A DNA stretch of 64,000 nucleotides from an uncultured Eubacterium sp. (GCF_934525195.1 NZ_CAKSZA010000001.1:64952-128951), one strand, 5' to 3'; counted from the stretch's first letter, positions 37,530-47,529 are shown. The notes: generated by a model not told the origin, from the sequence alone. Made by a program: numbers and translations.

Positions 37530-37613
37530 GGTGCGAGAGACGGGACTTGAACCCGTACGAGTCGCCCCACACGCCCCTCAAACGTGCGCGTCTGCCGATT
37601 CCGCCACTCTCGC
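37529..37613 (-). tRNA. tRNA-Leu (anticodon GAG), with encoded CCA
   Basis: Manual fold of GCGAGAG...CTCTCGCACCA: 7-bp acceptor stem, T-arm ACGGG-TTCAAGT-CCCGT, anticodon stem CACGT/GCGTG with loop TTGAGGG, and a long variable arm. 85 nt. Confidence 0.85.
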
Positions 37614-37692
37614 GTCAACAGTTAGAAGTATAACAGAACCGGCTACAAATGTCAACACTTTTTTTAAATTTTTTTAAAGTTTTTTTGACCGC

Positions 37693-38346
37693 TTAAAATA
37701 AGCTTGATATGTAGCTCGTTTCGTCTATTATCACGGACGGATGCTCGGCAAAAAGAGTTTCGAAAGACCTGAAGCCCCAAGAGCAACCTACTGCTTCTAT
37801 ATTGGCATTTTTGGCTGTTCGCATATCAACCTCGCTGTCGCCGAAGAAAATTGCCTCTGTCGGCTTGCAATCAACTGCCGAAAGTGCTCTCAAAGTGGTT
37901 GTCGGGTCGGGCTTGGTCGGAAGTCCGTCTATGCAACCTGTGATGAAATCAAAAAATCCTTTGCCGAAAATATGCTCAACCATACCATGAGCAGCAATGT
38001 CGGGTTTGTTTGAAACAACGCAAAGTTTCACTCCCATATCCTTGAGAATTTGGAGTTGCTCCTTTATGCCGTCATAAGCGTGAGCATGGTCAAGCTTGAT
38101 TTCGTCATATATAATCTTAAATTCTTCGTATCTTTCATTAAGTGTTTGCTCGTCCAAAGTATGATTGAAAGCCCGCTCAACAAGTTTTTTTGCACCGTTG
38201 CCAACAAACTTTTTGTAATCATCCAAAGACCAATTAGCTTCAAAGTTATGCTTTTTAAGCAAGATTTCGGTTGCACCTGCCAAATCATCAATAGTGTTGA
38301 CAAGTGTGCCGTCCAAATCAAATATTGCACATTTAATTTTGCTCAT
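37693..38346 (-). CDS. HAD-IA family hydrolase (phosphoglycolate phosphatase-like)
   Basis: FDLDGTLVNT motif I, SNK motif, GDSEVD motif. The start at 38346 overlaps the end of potD by 14 nt. Confidence 0.85.
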   Translation of the reverse strand: MSKIKCAIFDLDGTLVNTIDDLAGATEILLKKHNFEANWSLDDYKKFVGNGAKKLVERAFNHTLDEQTLNERYEEFKIIYDEIKLDHAHAYDGIKEQLQILKDMGVKLCVVSNKPDIAAHGMVEHIFGKGFFDFITGCIDGLPTKPDPTTTLRALSAVDCKPTEAIFFGDSEVDMRTAKNANIEAVGCSWGFRSFETLFAEHPSVIIDETSYISSLF

Positions 38347-39604
38347 ACAAATCACCCAAATCCTGTTCTTTATCCTTTTTTCGTTTTCTGACAAAATAGG
38401 TGGCAACCGCTATAACAACAACACCTGCCACTACGCCCGATTCAATATAAATCTTGCGTTCCGTTTTTTTGCTGTTTACAGAGAGATTTCCGCTTTTTAC
38501 GCTTGACCAAAGATTGTTTTCAAGTTCAAGAATATTCTGCGGAAGATTTGCAAAAACCTCGCTCACAGGCGCAGGGTCGGGATAAACCGCATCGTTGCCG
38601 TAAAGCGAACATTCATCATTTTCCTGCACAGCCTTGTTTGCGGAAGCATAGAAAATATACTCCTCGTTTGCAAGTGCAACTTCCGGCTCTTGCATAAAGT
38701 TTATGAACGCTTCTGCGCCTTTTTTGTTCTGTGTGCATTTTGGAATACAAAAAGCGTCATAAAAAGCATTTACGCCCTCTTTTGGATAAGCATAGCCTAA
38801 ATCGGGATTGTTCTCGTTCATAAGAACATAATCGCCGACATAATAAGTTGCAAATGCGTACTCGCCCGATTCCATAAGATTGAACACCTCGTCCATAACA
38901 TAAACGGGATTAACCTTGTCTTTTTGCTCGGCAAGCAGTTTTGCGGCATCCACCCAATCCTGCTCATTTTGAGTGTTCAGGCTTTGACCCAACAATTTTT
39001 GAGCAATAGCAAACGCATCACGGCTGTTGTTGAACATCAGCACCTTACCCTTGTACTGCTCGTCCCACAAGACTTTCCAAGAGTCGGGTTTTTCTTTAAC
39101 CAACTTCTTATTATATATAAGAACGGTATAGCCTGTATTGAAGCAAACAGAATACTTCTGTTCGGGGTCAAACGGAAGATTCAGGCAATCCTCACGCATA
39201 TACTTCATATTCGGAATATTTGAATAATCAAGCGGAAGAAGCATATCTTCGTCAATAAGACGCTCAACCATATAGTCGGACGGAGTGATTACATCATAAG
39301 AAACGCCGCCGCCCGAAAGCTTGGAATACATATTCTCGTTTGATTCAAAATTGGTATAATTGACTTTTGCACCCGTAAGTTTTTCAAACTCACGGACAAC
39401 ATCCATTGAGCCTTCTCCGCCATCGGAAATATACTCACCCCAGTTGTACACATTGACAGTTGTTCCCTGAAGTCCAAGCGACTTATAATAAGCCTTTTGC
39501 TCATCGGAAAAATAGTCCTCATCTGCATAAGCTGTGACATTCATCAACGGCAAAGCACACACAAGGCACATAAGAAAAGCAACAATTCTTCTCAATTTTT
39601 TCAT
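38333..39604 (-). CDS. potD: Spermidine/putrescine ABC transporter substrate-binding protein with a C-terminal TM anchor
   Basis: Signal peptide, PotD-like body (VNVYNWGEYI...), and a C-terminal GVVAGVVVIAVATYFVRKRKK. Confidence 0.85.
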   Translation of the reverse strand: MKKLRRIVAFLMCLVCALPLMNVTAYADEDYFSDEQKAYYKSLGLQGTTVNVYNWGEYISDGGEGSMDVVREFEKLTGAKVNYTNFESNENMYSKLSGGGVSYDVITPSDYMVERLIDEDMLLPLDYSNIPNMKYMREDCLNLPFDPEQKYSVCFNTGYTVLIYNKKLVKEKPDSWKVLWDEQYKGKVLMFNNSRDAFAIAQKLLGQSLNTQNEQDWVDAAKLLAEQKDKVNPVYVMDEVFNLMESGEYAFATYYVGDYVLMNENNPDLGYAYPKEGVNAFYDAFCIPKCTQNKKGAEAFINFMQEPEVALANEEYIFYASANKAVQENDECSLYGNDAVYPDPAPVSEVFANLPQNILELENNLWSSVKSGNLSVNSKKTERKIYIESGVVAGVVVIAVATYFVRKRKKDKEQDLGDLYEQN

Positions 39605-40416
39605 CCTCGTGCCTCCTTTTTTTCCGCCCTTGTTTGTGCGATATTCATAAAAATCAAAAGCACAAGAATGACAAGAAACATAAGGGTTGACAATGCGAAC
39701 ATATCAGGTTTTACTCTCTTTTTGGTGAGAGAGAAAATGTAAATCGGTAAGGTCTGGAATGACGGTCCGTTGGTGAAATACGATATGATGAAATCATCAA
39801 GCGACAATGTGAAAGACATAATACAGCCTGTGATGATGCCGTTCATAATTTCGGGCATAACAACCTTAACAAACGCCTTGAACGGTTTGCAACCGAGGTC
39901 AACCGCCGCTTCGTAGACATTCATATCAAACTGACGAAGTTTTGGCATAACATTCAAAATAACATACGGCAAGCAGAAAGTGACATGAGCAATGAGAAGT
40001 GTTGTGAAGCCGAGCACTTCTTTTACATTGACAAGTGCACCGACAAATACAAACAAAAGCATCATTGAGATACCTGTTACAATTTCAGGATTCATCATAG
40101 GAATGTTTGTGACATTCATCATAGTTTTTTTGTACAATCTGTTTTTCTGCATAAACAGACCGACCGAAGCCATAACACCAAGCACGGTGGAAACAGCCAT
40201 TGTTGCAAGAGCAAGCAAAACAGTGTTTTTGAGTGCGTTCATAGCGGCTGTGTCGTGGAACATCTCAACCCACCAAGAAGTTGAAAAGCCGTCCATAATA
40301 TAGGTTGAAGAACCTGAATTGAACGAAAACACGGTCATAACGGCAATAGGTGCGTACAGAAAAACGAAAATGAGCACCATATAAAGCCTTGATGCAAGCG
40401 AAACCTTAGTTTTCAT
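39601..40416 (-). CDS. potC: Spermidine/putrescine ABC transporter permease
   Basis: 271 aa, 6 TM segments, EAA-type loop (YEAAVDLGCKPFKAF). Confidence 0.88.
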   Translation of the reverse strand: MKTKVSLASRLYMVLIFVFLYAPIAVMTVFSFNSGSSTYIMDGFSTSWWVEMFHDTAAMNALKNTVLLALATMAVSTVLGVMASVGLFMQKNRLYKKTMMNVTNIPMMNPEIVTGISMMLLFVFVGALVNVKEVLGFTTLLIAHVTFCLPYVILNVMPKLRQFDMNVYEAAVDLGCKPFKAFVKVVMPEIMNGIITGCIMSFTLSLDDFIISYFTNGPSFQTLPIYIFSLTKKRVKPDMFALSTLMFLVILVLLIFMNIAQTRAEKKEARG

Positions 40417-41240
40417 ATAACGACACCTCCGTCCTGTGTGCCGTCATCAAAGTAATTCATTACTCCGAGGCATACGAAAATCAAAAGCATAAGCACAAAA
40501 CTGAGTGCCGCACCGAGATGATAGTTATTTGCCGACTGGAACTGACTTTCGATAACATCGCCGATAAGAACAATCTGACCTCCGCCGAGTTTCTGCGTGA
40601 TGTAGAAAGTTGAAACGCAAGGCACAAAAACCATTGTGATACCGGACAAAAGACCCGGCAATGACAAAGGCAAAATCACTCTCCTAAAGGTTGTTATTTT
40701 ACCCGAACCCAAGTCGTGAGCCGCCTCGACAAGCGAATTGTCAAGCTTTGAAAGAACGGTATAAATCGGCAAAATCATATACGGCAGGAAATTATAAACC
40801 ATACCGAAAATTACCGCACCGCCCGTATTAATCATATGAACACCCTTTAATCCGATTGCATTGAGCAAGCTGTTCACTACTCCGCTGTCGCCCAAAATGG
40901 TCATAAGGCTATATGTGCGGATGAGGAAATTCATCCACATCGGGAGCATAACAAGGAGCACCATGGTTCTTTGAGTGTTGACACTGTGCTTTGAAAGAGC
41001 GTAGGCAAACGGATAGCCGATAAGCACGCAAATAACCGTTGCTGCCAAGCCATAAAGAACGGACAACAAAATTGTTGGAAAATAATTTTTTATCTGTGTC
41101 ATATTTGAAAAAGTGAACGCACCTGTTTTGTCGGTGAAAGCATAGAACACAACCATAACAAGCGGAACAATGATGAAAAGCACAGACCAAAGCAAATATG
41201 GCTTATCAAGCATTTTTTGAGAAAGACTACTCTTCTTCAT
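40413..41240 (-). CDS. potB: Spermidine/putrescine ABC transporter permease
   Basis: EAA loop ([18 protein letters not shown]). The start is taken at 41240 (MKKSSLSQK...), overlapping potA by 14 nt. Confidence 0.85.
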   Translation of the reverse strand: MKKSSLSQKMLDKPYLLWSVLFIIVPLVMVVFYAFTDKTGAFTFSNMTQIKNYFPTILLSVLYGLAATVICVLIGYPFAYALSKHSVNTQRTMVLLVMLPMWMNFLIRTYSLMTILGDSGVVNSLLNAIGLKGVHMINTGGAVIFGMVYNFLPYMILPIYTVLSKLDNSLVEAAHDLGSGKITTFRRVILPLSLPGLLSGITMVFVPCVSTFYITQKLGGGQIVLIGDVIESQFQSANNYHLGAALSFVLMLLIFVCLGVMNYFDDGTQDGGVVI

Positions 41241-42366
41241 TTTCGTCCTCCCAATTATATGATGCATCGGAAATATGATCCATCTCGTCGGAGAATGACG
41301 AATAGTCACCGAACTCACCCGAATATTCGCTACGCTTCATAATATGAATAGCGTCGGGTTCGATATGCATACCGATAGTGTCATCAACATGGATGTCGTC
41401 CCTTGTGGTTTGAATCATCCAAATAAAACCGTTTACATCAACAAGGATTTCAAAATGAACACCCTTGAATGTTACGGATGTTACCTTGCCTGTGAGAGAA
41501 GCCTGTGTGCCCGGCTCTCGAATTAAAATATCCTCAGGGCGAACAACAGCCTCTACAAATTCGTTTTTGTCAAAGCCTTTATCAAGGCACTTAAACTTGA
41601 CGCCGCCAAAGGTTACAAGATAATCGTCAATCATAATCGCATCAACAATATTACTTTCGCCGATGAAGTCGGCTACAAAAGCGTTGACAGGCTCGTTATA
41701 AATATCTTCGGGAGTGCCGATTTGCTGGATTTTGCCCTTATCCATAACAACCACGGTATCGCTCATAGAGAGTGCTTCCTCTTGGTCGTGGGTAACATAA
41801 ATAAAGGTTATGCCGAGTTCCTGCTGAATATTTTTGAGTTCTCGCTGCATATCTTTGCGAAGTTTGAGATCAAGCGCACCGAGAGGCTCGTCCAAAAGAA
41901 GAATATGCGGTTTGTTTGCAAGCGCTCTTGCGATGGCAACACGCTGTTGCTGACCGCCTGAAAGCGAGTTGATGGGACGCTTTTCAAAGCCTTTAAGGTT
42001 GACGAGTTTGAGCATATCGGCAACGATTTGACGAACCTCCTCTTTCGGCTTTTTTTGAAGCTGAGGTCCGAATGCTATATTTTCATATACATTTAAATGA
42101 GAAAAAAGAGCATAACGCTGAAAGATGGTATTGACTCTACGCTTATGTGCAGGTAGGTCGTTGATGCGTTTACCCTCAAATATTATATCTCCGCTATCGG
42201 GCTTGACAAAGCCGGCAATGGCACGAAGAGTTGTGGTTTTACCGCATCCTGATGGTCCTAACAGGGTTATAAACTCTTTTTCGTTAATGTATAAATTGAG
42301 ATTTTCCAAAACTGTATTATCACCATAGCTGACGGTGATATTCTTCAAGTCAATAATCTTTTTCAA
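41227..42366 (-). CDS. potA: Spermidine/putrescine ABC transporter ATPase
   Basis: Walker [10 protein letters not shown], signature LSGGQQQR, Walker B LLLDEPL. TTG start with a GAGGAAG RBS. Confidence 0.92.
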   Translation of the reverse strand: MKKIIDLKNITVSYGDNTVLENLNLYINEKEFITLLGPSGCGKTTTLRAIAGFVKPDSGDIIFEGKRINDLPAHKRRVNTIFQRYALFSHLNVYENIAFGPQLQKKPKEEVRQIVADMLKLVNLKGFEKRPINSLSGGQQQRVAIARALANKPHILLLDEPLGALDLKLRKDMQRELKNIQQELGITFIYVTHDQEEALSMSDTVVVMDKGKIQQIGTPEDIYNEPVNAFVADFIGESNIVDAIMIDDYLVTFGGVKFKCLDKGFDKNEFVEAVVRPEDILIREPGTQASLTGKVTSVTFKGVHFEILVDVNGFIWMIQTTRDDIHVDDTIGMHIEPDAIHIMKRSEYSGEFGDYSSFSDEMDHISDASYNWEDENEEE

Positions 42367-42566
42367 TTATGCACTTCCTCTTTATTGCAGGCGTTGGAAA
42401 GACTCACCAACCCCCTCACGATTTACAATTAAAAAATTGCATTAAGTCAAATATATATTTTTTATATTATAATGTCAATATTTTTTTATGATTTTCAGCA
42501 AAAAAATTGTCGCAAAAAGTATAGTCGGCTCTCCTTGAGAAAAATACAAAGAGAGCCTTTTAAGTT

Positions 42567-43127
42567 TTAAATTATAGGATTAAACTGCACACCGTCAACA
42601 GCGCACTTGATTGTACCCTCTACTTTTGAAAAATCACAGACCAAAGAACGAGGCTTTTCGCAAGGATTATCGAGTGCCATAGGAACAAAATAGAAGTTAC
42701 GGTTGTTCATAAGAGCACCGATATTTTTTGCCGAAGCGCCGAGTGCATCATTTGTTGACACGCCGACAACAACAGGCTTGTCGTTGCGAAGATGCGATTT
42801 CACCGCCATTGTGACGGGAGTGTCGTTTATACCGTTTGCAAGTTTGGCGAGTGTGTTGGAAGTACACGGAACAACACACAGCACATCAAACATATGCTTA
42901 GGTCCAATCGGCTCGGCAGAATCAATGGTTGAAATTATATCTCTGCCACAGATTGAAACGACCTGTTCCCTCACATCTTTAGCATTTCCGAATCTTGTGT
43001 CAATATTATAAGCATTAAACGACATAATCGGAGTGACAATGTGACCGTTGTCTACAAGTGATTGCATAGCCTCGATGCTTTTTTTGAATGTACAAAACGA
43101 GCCTGTAAGGCAATATCCTATTTTCAC
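42567..43127 (-). CDS. dpaB: Dipicolinate synthase subunit B
   Basis: MKIGYCLTGSFCTF flavoprotein-fold N-terminus, 186 aa, coupled to dpaA. Confidence 0.85.
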   Translation of the reverse strand: MKIGYCLTGSFCTFKKSIEAMQSLVDNGHIVTPIMSFNAYNIDTRFGNAKDVREQVVSICGRDIISTIDSAEPIGPKHMFDVLCVVPCTSNTLAKLANGINDTPVTMAVKSHLRNDKPVVVGVSTNDALGASAKNIGALMNNRNFYFVPMALDNPCEKPRSLVCDFSKVEGTIKCAVDGVQFNPII

Positions 43128-43837
43128 AACCTCACCCCCATATGTTCAATCACAGCTTTTGCAACTGTTTTCCCTGCCGATTTTGGCGAATATTTGGCAG
43201 GAAGTCCTCTTGCCACAATCAAATTTAGCCCGAGAGATTCGGCAAAATGCACATCAATTCCGCCCGGAAACGATGCTAAATCAACAAGCAATGTATCTTT
43301 TTTGAACAATCGAAGTTCTCTTTCATTAATTATCGGATGAGGTATCGTATTAAACACAAAATCAAAATCGTTTTGTTCCGTAAGTTCATCAAGAGTAATT
43401 GCCGAAGCACCGTTCATTTCAGCCGTTGTTCGCTGAACACCGTTTCGTGCACACACGGTTATGTGCGATGTGTACGGAATTAAAAATCTATGGAGAGCTT
43501 TTGCAATTCTGCCATATCCCAAAATTAGCACATTTGAATTGACAAGGCTCAAATCGCTGTTTTGGCAGGCAATACACACGGCTGATTCGGCTGTATAATA
43601 AGCATTTTCGGCTGCGAAGCGTTCATTTTTTGTATAATCAAAAACATTGTCGCCCGACACATTTCCCGCACATATGTGAAAATCTCTGTAAGCATCAAGG
43701 CTGGGCGGATTGACACCCGTAAGAACAAAATCCGCCTTTGAAAGATTATCAACAGCTTTGTAACCAAAATTTTGGAGATAGTCGCTTGCATAAGCTACCC
43801 TTTTATCGTCAAAAGACGCAACATAAAAATTTGTCAT
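43124..43837 (-). CDS. dpaA: Dipicolinate synthase subunit A
   Basis: Rossmann motif LILGYGRIAKAL. The start is taken at the ATG at 43837 (AAAGGTGG RBS). Synteny with dpaB. Confidence 0.8.
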   Translation of the reverse strand: MTNFYVASFDDKRVAYASDYLQNFGYKAVDNLSKADFVLTGVNPPSLDAYRDFHICAGNVSGDNVFDYTKNERFAAENAYYTAESAVCIACQNSDLSLVNSNVLILGYGRIAKALHRFLIPYTSHITVCARNGVQRTTAEMNGASAITLDELTEQNDFDFVFNTIPHPIINERELRLFKKDTLLVDLASFPGGIDVHFAESLGLNLIVARGLPAKYSPKSAGKTVAKAVIEHMGVRL

Positions 43838-43855
43838 ATTTACTACCACCTTTTA

Positions 43856-43884
43856 TATTTTATGAAATAATATAAAAAGGGTGT
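43856..43884 (-). promoter_or_regulatory. Candidate sigma-K-type promoter of dpaAB
   Basis: The minus strand reads AC-(16 nt)-CATAAAATA, matching the AC / CATA---TA pattern used by spoVF in Bacillus. This is pattern match only. Confidence 0.3.
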
Positions 43885-43946
43885 TTATTTTTTTCAAAAT
43901 AGGTAGTATAATAAAAAAGATAATATGATTAATCGGAGGAATTTCC

Positions 43947-45341
43947 TTGAAAAATATAGACGAATTACTCAAAGAGAGCAAAAAGATACATTTTATCGGC
44001 ATTGGCGGTGCAGGAATGTGCCCTATTGCAGAGATTTTGTTATCCCTCGGATACGAATTGACAGGCTCGGACAACAACGACACCGAAACTTTCAGACGAG
44101 TTGAAAAAGAGGGTGCAAAGGTATTTTTGGGTCAGAAGCCCGAAAACATTGCCGACGGCACGGAACTTATTATATATACAAACGCAATTCTTGCAGGCAA
44201 TGCGGAACTTGAATATGCAAAAGCAAACTTTCCTTGTTTTGAAAGAGCGGAAGCACTCGGTGCACTCAGCCGTATTTTTTCAAACTGCATAGGTGTTTGC
44301 GGAACTCACGGCAAGACCACAACTTCGTCAATGATAACTCAAATCCTTATGGAAGCAGGGCTTGACCCGTCTGCTGTTATCGGCGGAAAATTGCCATTGA
44401 TAAACGCATACGGCAGATACGGACACAGCCAAAACTTCGTGTGCGAAAGCTGTGAATTCAACAACACATTTTTGCATATGAATCCCGATATGGCGGTAAT
44501 ACTCAACATTGACGAGGATCACCTTGATTTCTTCGGCAATCTTGACAACATCAAAAAGTCGTTCAGAAAATTTGCAGACCTCACCACAAAGACAATTATT
44601 TACAACGGTGACGATGCCAACACGGTTGACACAATCAAGGGCATTGAGGGCAAAAAACTCATCTCTGTCGGCAGAAATGACGGCAACGAATGGGTAGCAA
44701 AGAACATTGATGTTCCGGGCGGTTTTCACAGCGAATACGACGCATACCACAACAACGAATTTGTTGCAAGAGTTGTGCTTTCCGTTCCGGGTGAGCATAA
44801 TATTTTGAACTCGCTTTGTGCATTTGCGGCAGCATATGAAAGCGGTGCGGAAGTTGAAAAAATCCTTGAGGGATTGAAGCATTTTGGCGGTGCGGCAAGA
44901 CGATTTGAAAAGCTCGGCACATACTGCGGAGTTACATTTGCAGACGACTATGCACACCATCCTGCCGAAATTAAGGTTACTCTTGAGGCGGCAAAAAAGA
45001 TGGGATACAAGCGTGTTTGGGCGGTGCATCAACCGTTTACATTTTCAAGAACATCTCTGCTTCTTGACGATTTTGCCGAGGTGCTTAAAATTGCAGACAA
45101 GTGCGTTGTAAGTGCAATTATGGGAAGTCGTGAAGTGAACACAATCGGAATCAAGGCAACCGACCTTTCAAGCAAAATTCCGGGTGCCGTTCAGCTTGAC
45201 ACTTTTGAAGAAATTTGCGATTATGTATGCGACAATGCAGAAGACGGCGATTTGGTAATCACTCTTGGTTGCGGAGATGTATACAAGGTGGCACGAATGA
45301 TGTGCAAAAAGCTAAAAGAAAGAGAAGAACAAAATGCTTGA
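43947..45341 (+). CDS. murC: UDP-N-acetylmuramate--L-alanine ligase
   Basis: HFIGIGGAGM, GTHGKTTT; TTG start with a GGAGGA RBS. Confidence 0.95.
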   Translation: MKNIDELLKESKKIHFIGIGGAGMCPIAEILLSLGYELTGSDNNDTETFRRVEKEGAKVFLGQKPENIADGTELIIYTNAILAGNAELEYAKANFPCFERAEALGALSRIFSNCIGVCGTHGKTTTSSMITQILMEAGLDPSAVIGGKLPLINAYGRYGHSQNFVCESCEFNNTFLHMNPDMAVILNIDEDHLDFFGNLDNIKKSFRKFADLTTKTIIYNGDDANTVDTIKGIEGKKLISVGRNDGNEWVAKNIDVPGGFHSEYDAYHNNEFVARVVLSVPGEHNILNSLCAFAAAYESGAEVEKILEGLKHFGGAARRFEKLGTYCGVTFADDYAHHPAEIKVTLEAAKKMGYKRVWAVHQPFTFSRTSLLLDDFAEVLKIADKCVVSAIMGSREVNTIGIKATDLSSKIPGAVQLDTFEEICDYVCDNAEDGDLVITLGCGDVYKVARMMCKKLKEREEQNA

Positions 45342-45762
45342 ATTTAAGATAACGGACACAGCGACAGACGATTCAAAATTCATCAGATTCACTGTGTTTT
45401 GTGATGAACAGGGCGTGCAAAAAAACCACGAGATAGACGAACTTGACGACAACAAGGAAGCCAAACACATTGTTATGTACGACAACGGTAAGCCGATTGC
45501 AACATCAAGATTTTACAAAGAGCACGGTGACACTTGGCACGCAGGCAGAATAGCGGTGCTAAAAGAATATCGCGGCACAGGATGTGGCAGAAAGGTGCTT
45601 GAAAAAGCCGAGGAAGAAATGAAAAAGCTCGGTGCAAAAGAGAGTTTTATTTCTGCACAAACACAGGCACAGGGCTTTTATGAGGCACTCGGCTACAAGG
45701 CATACGGCGATGTTTATCCCGAAGAGGACATCCCGCACATTGCAATGAAAAAAGTATTATAA
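45334..45762 (+). CDS. GNAT-family N-acetyltransferase
   Basis: 142 aa, RGTGCGRKVL acetyl-CoA-binding motif; overlaps the murC stop. Confidence 0.85.
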   Translation: MLEFKITDTATDDSKFIRFTVFCDEQGVQKNHEIDELDDNKEAKHIVMYDNGKPIATSRFYKEHGDTWHAGRIAVLKEYRGTGCGRKVLEKAEEEMKKLGAKESFISAQTQAQGFYEALGYKAYGDVYPEEDIPHIAMKKVL

Positions 45763-45770
45763 AAACAAAA

Positions 45771-45802
45771 CCGTCAAAATTTACATTTTTGGCGGTTTTT
45801 TG
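45771..45802. terminator. Bidirectional hairpin terminator
   Basis: aaccgtcaaaa/ttttggcggtt stem, with A- and T-runs on either side, between convergent genes. Confidence 0.65.
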
Positions 45803-45806
45803 CATA

Positions 45807-47018
45807 TCAAAAATATTCTTTTAATAAATTATAATCATTATCAATGAGTTGTACGGTGTTTTGATGAATTTCGCAATCGACCTTTAATATATCAATCAAA
45901 TTCGGATTACGAACTGTCAGCACTCCGTTTTCCAGCGTTTCGATATTTCGTTCTCCGCCAAGTGCCCTGACAAGTGCACGCACATCCTTTGGATAGTATT
46001 TTTGATTGTCCATATCAAATTTTGAAAGCACAATTTCAACAATGAAATACATCAGCACGGCAAGGACAAATCCGACAAGCAGAAAATATCCGACGTTTCT
46101 GCCATACTTGAAAAGGCTGAACAGCGAAGCATATTTTTCAAACCCGATACGAATATCGACGAGGGCAGAAACAAAATAACCGACACCTCCGACAAAGACG
46201 CAACCGACAAAAATCAGCGGATTATAGAACAGCAAAAACAGAAGCAACAGCGTGTTATCTCCAAAAACGACCGACAACAGGCAAGGAAGTAAAAACGAAA
46301 ACAAATAACGCTTGCTTGTTTTCTTGAAAAGTGCAACAAATGTGCCAAAGGTCATAAAAACATTGAAAAAATACTTGCCTGTCAGATAATCGGCAACGGA
46401 CGATTGCGGTGCTTTTGGCGATGACAAAAATACATTTTGCACACCTGCGATGATTTTGCCATTCACTAAAGTTGCGACACTACAATCGGTGGTATAAATC
46501 AAATTGGAAAAAAAGTTTCCGAAAAACACAGAATAAATCTCATTTAACACCCCAAAAAGAACCGCCCTACCCTTAATCAACAAAGCAAATTCTTTAACAT
46601 ACATTTGCAAAAGTTCATCACAAATACCAAAAGCCACACCGAATGCAACACCCAAAAGCGATGTAGTTATGAGCAGATATTCAAAATCAAGATTATTACC
46701 GAGCAAAACAACTCCGACTGCCAGAGCAACAATCACCGTTAGTCCCAATGTGTGAGAGGTCAGCAGGAAGAAAACGGCATTTGCACAGAGAAGCGACAAA
46801 GCGACAACGAAGCTTTTGCTTGACTCCTTAAATTCATAAAACCCCAAAAACATACCGACACAGGCAGACAACAACAAAGATGTAACCACCTCGATATCAA
46901 CATTAAATTTTGGCAACACAAGTGAAATTATATGAACGACGAGGACATACAGCGCCGTTACGGCGATGGGATATTTTAGGCAGGTAATCAGCCTATCTTT
47001 AGATGTAAAAATATTCAT
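45807..47018 (-). CDS. Degenerate PTS EIIC-EIIB-like membrane protein (catalytic residues absent)
   Basis: Polytopic ~330 aa followed by a C-terminal domain LVRALGGERNIETLENGVLTVRN. This resembles the glucose-type EIIB block ALGG..NI....C.TRLR but lacks the Cys, and GDNT replaces the EIIC GITE motif. Confidence 0.55.
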   Translation of the reverse strand: MNIFTSKDRLITCLKYPIAVTALYVLVVHIISLVLPKFNVDIEVVTSLLLSACVGMFLGFYEFKESSKSFVVALSLLCANAVFFLLTSHTLGLTVIVALAVGVVLLGNNLDFEYLLITTSLLGVAFGVAFGICDELLQMYVKEFALLIKGRAVLFGVLNEIYSVFFGNFFSNLIYTTDCSVATLVNGKIIAGVQNVFLSSPKAPQSSVADYLTGKYFFNVFMTFGTFVALFKKTSKRYLFSFLLPCLLSVVFGDNTLLLLFLLFYNPLIFVGCVFVGGVGYFVSALVDIRIGFEKYASLFSLFKYGRNVGYFLLVGFVLAVLMYFIVEIVLSKFDMDNQKYYPKDVRALVRALGGERNIETLENGVLTVRNPNLIDILKVDCEIHQNTVQLIDNDYNLLKEYF

Positions 47019-47140
47019 ATTAAGAATATACCCAATAAAAAAACCTTTATACGCATTATGAATATTATGTAATAGATGTTTAAAAGAAAGAATTTGTGTT
47101 AATCATAATGATATAAAGAAAATTTTAAAGGGTGAACAAA

Positions 47141-47482
47141 ATGAACATTAAACGAGGCGACATCTACTATGCCGATTTAAGTCCCGTTGTAGGAAGTGAG
47201 CAAGGAGGAGTAAGACCTGTGTTAATAGTTCAAAACGATGTGGGCAACAAATTTTCGCCGACTGTGATAGTGTCTGCCATCACAAGCCAGCAAGGCAAAA
47301 CAAATTTGCCGACTCATATTGAGGTGAACGCTCATGACTGCGGACTTGCAAAAGACAGCGTTGTGTTGCTTGAGCAGGTGCGAACCATTGACAAGAGGCG
47401 ACTTAAAGAAAAGATGGGCACATTGCCGACAAGTGATATGAACAAAATCAACAATGCAATAACAATATCAATGGGATTATAA
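47141..47482 (+). CDS. mazF: MazF/EndoA (PemK-family) endoribonuclease toxin
   Basis: [33 protein letters not shown]...LPTHIEV...[13 protein letters not shown] is very close to B. subtilis EndoA. ATG at 47141 with an AAGGGTG RBS. Confidence 0.92.
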   Translation: MNIKRGDIYYADLSPVVGSEQGGVRPVLIVQNDVGNKFSPTVIVSAITSQQGKTNLPTHIEVNAHDCGLAKDSVVLLEQVRTIDKRRLKEKMGTLPTSDMNKINNAITISMGL

Positions 47483-47489
47483 CAAAAAG

Positions 47490-47529
47490 CAGGTATTCGC
47501 ATCGTTTTGCGAATACCTGTATTTTATTT
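47490..47529 (+). terminator. Rho-independent terminator after mazF
   Basis: caggtattcgc/gcgaatacctg 11-bp stem followed by a T-rich run. Confidence 0.75.

Noticed and set aside
37255-37550. 71-aa (minus) and 87-aa (plus) ORFs in the spacer between the polymerase gene and tRNA-Leu.
   Set aside because: They overlap the terminator hairpins, the tRNA remnant and the tRNA itself, have no RBS, and their peptides are repeat-derived. I treat the region as non-coding.
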